Below, piece by piece: positions 57,901 through 64,000 of a DNA stretch of 64,000 nt. The notes beneath the pieces are model-generated. The model saw nothing but the letters and a program-made list of their open reading frames with translations, ran no database searches and was not told the origin of the DNA. How positions within the stretch are numbered: the first letter of the stretch is position 1; every line of letters starts with the position of its first letter. The stretch spans positions 32,001 through 96,000 of the IMG/VR virus record IMGVR_UViG_3300020473_000021; one strand, 5' to 3'. The DNA comes from a virus. The position numbers and the translations under genes were made by a program.

Positions 57901-59350
57901 CGCTTGATCCTGTGCGGATCATTTCAGCTTCACGTAAGATTTCAGAAAGTAAGTTAGGGATAGTTTCGGTAATCGTCTTATCGGTAAGTTCCGTATACGT
58001 CGATACTTCTTCAGCTAACGTATCTGATGACATCCCGAATCGGCCTTCCTCCGTATAACGAGGAATCATGTCAGCGATACGCTCTAATAACGCCAGTTCG
58101 CCTCTCTCTCGAAAACTGACCTTCTCACCCTCTAACTCTTTACGATCGATCTCCTTACGGAGCGACTCTACTCGAGCATCGACATTACCTGCAACTGATT
58201 GGGCTGCCCTATCTGTACCGCCTTGAGCAAGATATTCAAGGTCAGAACCTACTCTAGCTAAGGTATCGTTATCCTTAGTAAAGCGACCGATAAGTTTACC
58301 GATTTTACCAGCAGCCCAATTACCACCCTCACTACCTACAAGGTTACCTGCTAGGTCTAACGGGTCAACACCATCCCCTGCCATATCCATCGTTTCGGCA
58401 GTTTCAGTAATGTTATCCGCTATCGATTGGGTAAAGTCGCTGACCTTACCTTTTATATTCTCAAATAGGTTACCAGTGAAATCTTGACTAAAGCCATATA
58501 GGCTATCGCCGATCTTACCTAGGGTTTTATCCCTAAGCATTTCACGTACCCGCTCAGAACCACGCATCTTAAGAAATTCAGGCAGGGCTGTATTCTTACG
58601 AATATCAACCAATGACTGACCTGACTCTTCAGCATATTCCTTTAATAGCGAGTATTGGTCTTTAGCGACGAAGTATTGACGGAATTGAAGTTCTAAAGAT
58701 TTCTTTTGGAACTTCGATGCAATATCTTCTTGATAACCCACGACACGACCAATAGCTTCTTGGATGTGTTCAAGCTGGCTCTTATTGTCCAGATGACGCG
58801 CATCTTCTAAAGCACGGTCGGTCTGCTTCTCCGTTTGTTCCTCTACGTCATCCTGAGCTTTCTGCTCTTGTTGCGTTTGGAATATTTCACCTAACGTCGT
58901 TTGGATTTCATTTTCTTGAGGATCATAAGCTTCACCACGACTATCGTCTGGATCTTCTTTAGTCCAACTATCAAGTTTATCATCCAACCACTTAGGGATA
59001 TAAGGAGAAGCCTTTTCTCTTACTTTTCTCCCGATCTTTTTAGCATCTTTAGCCGCAGGTCTGAGTCGATCTTTTGCGGTATCGTATAGATCCTCGGCAG
59101 CATCGGCAGCATCAGTTACGCCTTGATACGCACTACCATAACCTTTCGGTAATGCATTATCTAACAGTTTCTTTTGTGTGCTGCGACTTATTGCCGACTG
59201 CTTGATGCCGTCAGCAAACCCACGACTTGCTCGATCGACGGGCGATCGGTCGGAGGGGTCTGATTCGGGATCATCAAAATCGAGATCGGGGAGATCCAGA
59301 TCATCATCTAAATCATCATCTAGATCGAGGTCATGGTCTTCGTTAGCCAT
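51989..59350 (-). CDS. Giant tail (tape-measure-like) protein, phiKZ gp181-like
   Basis: FQKKSLELQFRQY, KNTALPEF.K, DVY..GE.EP.L.A repeats, D.DGLRDGGW, hydrophobic stretch, W...RF.PV; between the gp180-like and gp182-like genes; AGGAG RBS before 59350. Confidence 0.85.
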   Translation of the reverse strand: MANEDHDLDLDDDLDDDLDLPDLDFDDPESDPSDRSPVDRASRGFADGIKQSAISRSTQKKLLDNALPKGYGSAYQGVTDAADAAEDLYDTAKDRLRPAAKDAKKIGRKVREKASPYIPKWLDDKLDSWTKEDPDDSRGEAYDPQENEIQTTLGEIFQTQQEQKAQDDVEEQTEKQTDRALEDARHLDNKSQLEHIQEAIGRVVGYQEDIASKFQKKSLELQFRQYFVAKDQYSLLKEYAEESGQSLVDIRKNTALPEFLKMRGSERVREMLRDKTLGKIGDSLYGFSQDFTGNLFENIKGKVSDFTQSIADNITETAETMDMAGDGVDPLDLAGNLVGSEGGNWAAGKIGKLIGRFTKDNDTLARVGSDLEYLAQGGTDRAAQSVAGNVDARVESLRKEIDRKELEGEKVSFRERGELALLERIADMIPRYTEEGRFGMSSDTLAEEVSTYTELTDKTITETIPNLLSEILREAEMIRTGSSDAERQVYDFDKGQVVRESQLQDDIRQKIVDSGDVRGLTEKVNKVVDLLDGEGKLDNETRAKLADQIEKDVFQNKAFTIENYADADNLDMLSSDEADKVTQLINNQYMEDGKFKKDRKASEIRKDASKVYGDAKRGVPNYKEVIARSASTYGSGVLERAGLSEYTGKDGLHETRSETVRDIFKDLDDNRNVVRTEVQGSQRNVLDDISNADVGSSEPVYAPQPEVDVSRWDKLMDSAKQWVEPYLQVLWETMDESKAFIEGIYDFLIERFDGDPPDGSGGGTPPPGGSPWDRPTWTGPSGSSPWDRAVGSFKSMVTSPWDRDVGQPQPNVGFSESTYNPNSEGSMGEKLGTMAGNLFSKAKDKTEGLRSKASEYGNRALGEVESTYRRYRSSESVLDELKGDASRLTDSAKGKWDQARADLSERYEGSKLQGYVGKARSKFDEVSSDVNEFLLDNGIDVVKLAEDGEAYIQGLYQDAQAKGQPYVEELEKRLGALSDFSSEALEILSDKDARGEIYQDAKDKALDSLNTAKENAVNLSESIYDHMQTEEGRRELARRAGFVKDDLVSGISDRFDDIKGRVESSDIYTKFSPKVDDLSTRYGDLRKRVEQSETFTKFKPKLDEAKGRFDDARASMQDSFSDLKENAGSKVEQLRSYLTEHFGNSNGEVDEVVGQLDDSDISPDKVDELAGTARFRASFNRLLNNAKSRFFGGGGDEPPTGELPHPSDSEPSSGGRYSATDEPFRPWLDELKQHLDVKTEMLIRAIAAQDNRGVLGKTFDTLRSGAASVGSNLMGYYGKTFSGIGSLFKGAGQGAGNLLGGLFNKREKQSGSSTVADIYLEGVEEPIILARDLKRGLYSDLESGDPIHSFDDIDGAVINSDGDVVITSEDVEQGKLYVLSGKETRPIADFLKGGASLLGKGAKGLFGGYWNAARSIQSGIFTAVKKVGGFLPGLLFGKEKEKSAKDVYVKGETEPRLRAVIMKTGGYLSAETEEPIRTIQDIDGEVLDLDGNVVLSHEDIKKGLVDSRGKPLDLSTGKSNGLVQHAMNLTRKGLDMTVGLTKGVFKASKSVVKGIGGAVGGLFGGMFGGKLKGENAEKLLSDSEQQTQLLTEIRDLINERVNPPDKFFDQDDDGLRDGGWRSKLYGDKSKDDAEGKDGKDKGEFADKGNSILSKLGGLFGLGGGDGGDDGNDYSYVDVGGDGDNDKDRDKNRNNKNNKPKTKLGKLWQGVKNVGSRVGGALGLNAIGGGLKTAGSFLWNNVIRSGTSWAIRGLWALGTAAVSILGAPVALAVGAAVAIGAGAYFLYKWADQADLDDVNRARYTQYGADLENDEHVGMMYKLENFFQDYVVMPKDQPPKLEGVDPEDLLDEIDLDPEEDEEQIERFYQWLNDRFKPVYLSWIAAGQPYMEDFDVEDMEDQLEVKEKIEVMKRSKFEDGPDSPYRKMTSPYKEDSGVVGFSQVDRVYNEVMELLESQLEDEGEGESTDTSTAEAQTEKTEHTKEELMAMTPAERLRASASRQDNPRIKRKMLDAANRLEKRQGSKGTTLAGMAIAANGEGPIELQLQEGQVAELPDASLVNDAVGKTRIVTYGLQSTDETEKVQHLLELERVVKPMMQISNGKATFKGSRVKLFNEYASMFGRDPESDKDRTIWTEWFTKRFIPVLATYMSKMSAMKGSFYSPMSLKGQGPYEVASNMRSAVNGSQMSVWTVFAPPWPDYKLSDNSAQVREFLNELLTRKDQSSQADVQKSRPDFGKDETEELGRLGGQKADGYQTDAALFADFESPGSKPNEPNDTQGDTQRVEGDQESDGGLDPRGAADRLRAAAERQTNPRAKQMMLRKANELERGVYGSQYAKPTAVDDERDERAAVARQVLDRDARRQERSVAAAAAQNQVHNTKLTENTNRMVSILNQSVGVQKTMVDQLSQISSYLRDSTGAAKKDESQSKDKKDNKPKQRQNTTGNGDVKPAVNMNR

Positions 59351-59406
59351 AGACGATCTCCTTTGTGAAAAATACAATTTGTCATAGCATTTAAAGTGAG
59401 GACGCT

Positions 59407-61044
59407 ATGAGTATAGAGCGCTTACCCTTTAACATTAGTTTGTTAAAGTTAACTCCAGGACAGATACGTTTATTAAAACCGATCACGAGTTTAGATACCG
59501 TAGATGCCCCCGGTTCAAGTGACTTTCATTCTGAAGGTCTTTTTTCAACTGAAATATTTGGGCGTGTAGGTGAAGACGCACGTGATGAGACCTTCGCTTA
59601 TATACCACTTAAGACTAAGATACTTCATCCAATTGTTTATCAACGGCTTGAGCGTTTGAAGCGTCTATATGCTGGGATATTATCAGGCAAAACCTATGCG
59701 GTTTGGGATGATAAAGAAAAAGACTTTGTGCAAAGTACTGAGGTGGAAGGAAAAACTGGTTTCCACTTCTTCATGTCTAAGTGGAAAGATATTGTCTTTA
59801 AGAAAGGCGATAGTGAGATACGTAACCAACGAATCGACTTGATCAATAAGTATCGAGAGGAAGCGGTCATCAGCGACGTACTTGTTATGCCTGCTGGGTT
59901 ACGGGATGCTGAGATAGATGCTATCGGTCGAACTCAAGAAGATGAGATCAACACACACTACCGTCGATTGATTGGTATTGTAAACACCATTGGTGATGGT
60001 AATAAGAATGATGGACCCATCCTTGATAATGCTCGGTACTCACTACAGATGACGTTTAATGAAATCTACTTTACCATTGAGAAAATGTTAAGTGGTAAGA
60101 AAGGTTTCATTCAGAACAAATATGGTTCACGTCGAATCATGAATGGTACTCGTAACGTTATATCGGCGATGGAGTTGTCACCACCTGACTTAGATGAGTC
60201 TAACTTCCCTGAAGCAGACGATACAGTAGTGGGTCTATTCCAGTGTTCAAGAGGCGCACTCCCAATCACCATCAATCGTTTGATGAACAATATTCTGCAA
60301 CCGGCTTTTGGTGATGAGGAAGGTCAGGTAAAACTTATCGATCGAAAAACACTTCGTTCTGAGTTCGTTAATGTGTCTGCACAAACGTTTGACCGTTGGA
60401 CTACTACTGAGGGTTTAGAAGCAGTTATCTCATCTCAAGAAATGACTGAGGCCCGTGCTAAACCTGTGGTTGTGGAAGATCGCTATTTAGCTTTGGTGTA
60501 TAAACCTAAAGATCGTAAAGTGTTTAAGGTATTCTACGACATCGATGAGCTACCTGATGACTTTGATAAAGATGACGTATATCCAATCACATTACATGAA
60601 ATGATTTATTTGTGTAACTATAGTGGTTGGAATGATTTACGCATCCAATCAACTCGTTATCCGGTGACCGGTGAAGAGAGTTCTTATCTATCGCGTGTCT
60701 TTGTACGAACCACAGTTAAGAGTGAAGAACGTGTCGAGTTGAACTCTAACTGGGAAGATCAAGAACCCAGTAAAGAGAATACAGCTTACGTTTATCCCGT
60801 ATTCGAACCTGAGTCTTATATCGATTCTCAAATGGTTCATAGCTATCGCTTGGGTGGACTCGGTGGTGACTTCGACGGTGATACGGTATCGGGTAACATC
60901 ATTTATACAAAAGAAGCAAAAGAAGAAGTTGATAAGTATCTCAACTCAAGAGAAGCCCACGTAGATCCATCAGGGGGACTGCGTGCGTCTGCCTCGATTG
61001 ATACGATTCAGCTTGTTATGCACAATATGACTGGAGACGCGTGA
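59407..61044 (+). CDS. Virion RNA polymerase beta' subunit, catalytic part (phiKZ gp180-like)
   Basis: EGLFSTEIFG, V.PAGLRD, GKKGF, R.V, RYP, GGDFDGDT Mg-binding motif. Confidence 0.93.
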   Translation: MSIERLPFNISLLKLTPGQIRLLKPITSLDTVDAPGSSDFHSEGLFSTEIFGRVGEDARDETFAYIPLKTKILHPIVYQRLERLKRLYAGILSGKTYAVWDDKEKDFVQSTEVEGKTGFHFFMSKWKDIVFKKGDSEIRNQRIDLINKYREEAVISDVLVMPAGLRDAEIDAIGRTQEDEINTHYRRLIGIVNTIGDGNKNDGPILDNARYSLQMTFNEIYFTIEKMLSGKKGFIQNKYGSRRIMNGTRNVISAMELSPPDLDESNFPEADDTVVGLFQCSRGALPITINRLMNNILQPAFGDEEGQVKLIDRKTLRSEFVNVSAQTFDRWTTTEGLEAVISSQEMTEARAKPVVVEDRYLALVYKPKDRKVFKVFYDIDELPDDFDKDDVYPITLHEMIYLCNYSGWNDLRIQSTRYPVTGEESSYLSRVFVRTTVKSEERVELNSNWEDQEPSKENTAYVYPVFEPESYIDSQMVHSYRLGGLGGDFDGDTVSGNIIYTKEAKEEVDKYLNSREAHVDPSGGLRASASIDTIQLVMHNMTGDA

Positions 61045-64000
61045 TGGTTGTTTATCCAACTTTCTATCGCAAACACGGTATTTGGAAATCTCAGGATGTC
61101 GCTAGCCCAAGCGTTAGCGACTACTCTGAATTGGTTATGCCAAAAGAAAGTATCCTTCATTATCTTACTTTTGAAGATTCTTCTATTGGTCCAGATCCAA
61201 ATGATCCGTTCTTTGTGAATTCAGATAACCGAGTATTGGTAGAGCATGTGACTCAACATATCAAACCGATCGGTAATCCAAAACCCAATAAAGGCGTAAC
61301 AGAAGAACGCCTTAAACGCGACTACCATCGTCGTTATCGTAAGATGCGTCCACTTAACGATTTCTCTCGTTCATTGAGAGATGAGAAAACACTTATCGTT
61401 GAGAACTACGCTGGGTTAAGTGACTTGTATATTTACATGCGTTCTGTTTATGGTCTTTACTATCGCAACTACAACATTTTAAACACATTGTTTAAAGTAG
61501 TCAATGATCGTTGTAAAGATAATGAACGTCAACACTTTATTCCAGTAACGTTACCGCGTCGTTTACCTTCACTACAAATGTTGAAGAAAGCATCGGGTGA
61601 ATATTCAAAGATACCACGCGACCTACTGACTGTATTCTCACAACCACAATACTTGATGGTTCTTGAGATTTTCAAATGGTTAGGTGAAGATAGACAATAT
61701 TCTACTTTGTCAAACATCGATCCTCAGAATTATGATAAGGTTAACTTCATTTGGATGGAGTCTGGTAAGTTTGTCGTATTCAATTTGGGTAAAGTCTTAG
61801 AGGTTACCCAAAACGAAGTTGGGGAAGATGACGAAGATGTAGGATCTAGTAAACTACAGCGTCTATTCCTACGTATGCTCATTTCTTTATTTGAACTTAG
61901 AAACGCTGGTGTCAAAACAAGTGTTAATGAGGGTGAGGAAGAAAAGCCGGAGGATTCTGATGAGGTTGAGGGTGTCTCGGTTAAAGGTAAATCGGAAGCG
62001 CAGGTTGATGAGGAGAAGATTGAGAAGGATATCGAGAAGTTAAGTGAGATATCTGATCGAGAAGTTCCCGAAGAAGAATTAACCTTTGATGATATTCCAG
62101 GCGACGTTAAAGATCCGACTGACTCATTAACCCAACGCATTCAACAGTTGGCAGAAGAAGGTGGTTTATCTCCCGCTCAAGTTCGTCGTTATGAAAAGAT
62201 CATTGAGAAGACACGCAATATACCTAACCCCTATGGCGATGGTAAATTGTTAGACTTCTCTAAGATTACAGACGAAGATTTACAACTGTCAGAGGAAGAG
62301 ATAAAACTTCCCGATGTGGCTGGTGTAACCGATGAGTCAATGACCGAATCGACACTTAAAGCGTTTGATAGTAAATACCTAAATGAAGTATTGAAGAAAG
62401 ACATCGTTAATTGCGCGATGGATATTCAGCGTGCAGGTGTAACGGTTTTAGCTTACGATGTGGAAGAAGTTAAAGACGCTGCTAACGATTATCAAGTCGT
62501 CACTATGCAGTTGTCACCTGTTGATGGTGAGACGTCTACCATCCGGTTTAAGGTTCCTAATGTTAAAGAAAATGGCGAGTTCGTTTCTAACAACGTTAAG
62601 TATCGTCTACGTAAGCAGAGGGCCGATAAACCCATCCGTAAAGTTTCGCCGTCGACCGTGTCGTTAACGTCTTACTACGCTAAAGTGTTTGTTGATCGTT
62701 CTGAAAAGTCAGTGGTGAACTATCCACGCTGGATCATTAAACAGACGCTTGGTTTGTCTGAACAAGAGAATCCAGTCGTAACCGGAACTCGATTGGTTAA
62801 TTGTTTCGACAATACTGTACGACTTCCTCGCATATACACCATTATGTCTGAACGCTTCCGAGAGTTCACTGTTAATGGTCAATATCGTTTGTTTTTCGAC
62901 TACAATAAACGTACCGAAGAGTTTGGTGAAGATTTCATCAAACAACACGAGCAGGAAGGATTCGTCGTTGCGGGCGTTAGTCTAGAACGTGGTAAGGCAC
63001 CTATCTTGGTTGATGAGAATAATGTATTCTACATCAAGAAAGGCGACCAATTGGATATCCTAGGTCCTATCGAAACGATCTTGGGTCTCGATCCAAGTAA
63101 AGCACCGGTTGAGATTGCAGAGTTCCGTCTATTCTCTAAAACTATACCTGTGGCTATGGTGTTAGGTTTCCGTTTTGGTCTAAGTCGCCTCATGTCTTTG
63201 TTAGGCGTACAACCACGTCGAGTACCTGTTGGTTCTCAAGTGAACATGTCTGACAATGAGTTCGGCATTCGCTTTGCTGATGAAACTTTGGTATTGACTA
63301 AAGACGACCCTAAAGCACAACTCATCTTAGCGGGATTTAATCGTTACCATAAAACCATTGCTCGATATAACGTTGACAGTTTTGATGATCCTGAGATCTA
63401 TGAAAATGTCTTAGAGGACAATGGTCTTCGCGTTGGCTTCATTCGAGAGCTTGAGCTTGCAATGGATATGTTTGTCGATCCTATCACTCGTGACTTACTT
63501 GAGCAGATGGGTGAACCTACCGCATTGGACCGTCTTCTCATTCGTGCTTGTGAATTGTTAACGATTGATTGGCATCCAGATGAGACAGATATGGAAGCAA
63601 TGCGTATTCGTGGATACGAACGTATGGCTGGTGCTGTGTTCTCAGAAATCACGCGAGGCGTCCGGCGCTATCGTTCTCGTGGTGTAGGTAGTAAAGCTAA
63701 GATCGAGATTAACCCTGAAGCCGTATGGCAGGTCATCAACCAAGATCCTAGTATTTCTCAAGTCGAAGAATCTAACCCGATTCAAAACTTGAAAGAAAAG
63801 GAATTGGTGACTTACATGGGTACGGGTGGCCGTAGTACACGAAGTATGGTTAAACATACTCGTCGCTATCACCCATCTGACATGGGTGTAATCAGTGAGG
63901 CTACACCAGACTCAGGTGCGGTGGGTGTTAATACTTACCTGACAGCAAATCCACAGTTTGCTAACTTGCGTGGTTTAACCAACAAATATGAGTCGGGTAA
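61044..64000 (+). CDS. Virion RNA polymerase beta subunit (phiKZ gp178-like), 3' end outside window
   Basis: Not in ORF track. TGATG overlap with the beta' gene; MVVYPTFYRKHG...; QR.DKPIRKV, LTSYY.K, RIRGYERMAG, SNPIQNLKE, G.GGRS, DMGVISEATPDSG.VG. Confidence 0.9.
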   Translation, partial: MVVYPTFYRKHGIWKSQDVASPSVSDYSELVMPKESILHYLTFEDSSIGPDPNDPFFVNSDNRVLVEHVTQHIKPIGNPKPNKGVTEERLKRDYHRRYRKMRPLNDFSRSLRDEKTLIVENYAGLSDLYIYMRSVYGLYYRNYNILNTLFKVVNDRCKDNERQHFIPVTLPRRLPSLQMLKKASGEYSKIPRDLLTVFSQPQYLMVLEIFKWLGEDRQYSTLSNIDPQNYDKVNFIWMESGKFVVFNLGKVLEVTQNEVGEDDEDVGSSKLQRLFLRMLISLFELRNAGVKTSVNEGEEEKPEDSDEVEGVSVKGKSEAQVDEEKIEKDIEKLSEISDREVPEEELTFDDIPGDVKDPTDSLTQRIQQLAEEGGLSPAQVRRYEKIIEKTRNIPNPYGDGKLLDFSKITDEDLQLSEEEIKLPDVAGVTDESMTESTLKAFDSKYLNEVLKKDIVNCAMDIQRAGVTVLAYDVEEVKDAANDYQVVTMQLSPVDGETSTIRFKVPNVKENGEFVSNNVKYRLRKQRADKPIRKVSPSTVSLTSYYAKVFVDRSEKSVVNYPRWIIKQTLGLSEQENPVVTGTRLVNCFDNTVRLPRIYTIMSERFREFTVNGQYRLFFDYNKRTEEFGEDFIKQHEQEGFVVAGVSLERGKAPILVDENNVFYIKKGDQLDILGPIETILGLDPSKAPVEIAEFRLFSKTIPVAMVLGFRFGLSRLMSLLGVQPRRVPVGSQVNMSDNEFGIRFADETLVLTKDDPKAQLILAGFNRYHKTIARYNVDSFDDPEIYENVLEDNGLRVGFIRELELAMDMFVDPITRDLLEQMGEPTALDRLLIRACELLTIDWHPDETDMEAMRIRGYERMAGAVFSEITRGVRRYRSRGVGSKAKIEINPEAVWQVINQDPSISQVEESNPIQNLKEKELVTYMGTGGRSTRSMVKHTRRYHPSDMGVISEATPDSGAVGVNTYLTANPQFANLRGLTNKYESG

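Noticed and set aside
19360-59390. Isolated TATG late-promoter cores upstream of structural genes (e.g. near 19366, 37664, 41610, 59383 on the minus strand)
   Set aside because: Plausible given phiKZ late promoters, but a 4-mer is too short to call individually without TSS data.
59407-64000. Intron, intein or homing endonuclease in or between the RNAP genes
   Set aside because: The genes overlap by TGATG, the beta' part has an ordinary length, and no Hint or HNH motifs were noticed in the visible part.
1-64000. Stop-codon reassignment, tRNA genes
   Set aside because: Standard-code ORFs tile the window densely and use all three stops; no cloverleaf was recognised in the intergenic gaps (by eye only).

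Overview
A 64-kb segment of a phiKZ-like (Chimalliviridae-type) jumbo phage genome, read in the standard genetic code. Hallmark genes: split virion RNA polymerase subunits (a beta' part with the DFDGD motif, a beta part running off the right end, and a small beta C-terminal part), UvsX/RecA, RNase H, an SbcC-like ATPase, a gp181-like giant tail protein, baseplate/virion proteins, three paralogous long tail-fibre-like proteins, a modular endolysin, and candidate spanins and holin. A + strand accessory block (1.3-13.4 kb) follows phiKZ-type early promoters. The most unusual element is a cassette at 14.8-19.3 kb: a KpsS/KpsC-like glycosyltransferase candidate, a tail fibre ending in an x-T-S-[W/Y/F/R/K] tetrapeptide-repeat tract, Gly7 and an apparently intact Hint (intein-like) domain, then a stand-alone protein made almost entirely of the same repeat, closed by a long G.U-containing RNA hairpin. 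Also notable: a gp181 homologue with no visible muralytic domain, a degenerate DnaB-like domain fusion, active and inactive papain-fold paralogues, and a TATG(A/C)(C/T)G motif abutting many terminator hairpins. All protein assignments and phiKZ gp numbers come from motif recognition and recalled synteny, not from database searches.
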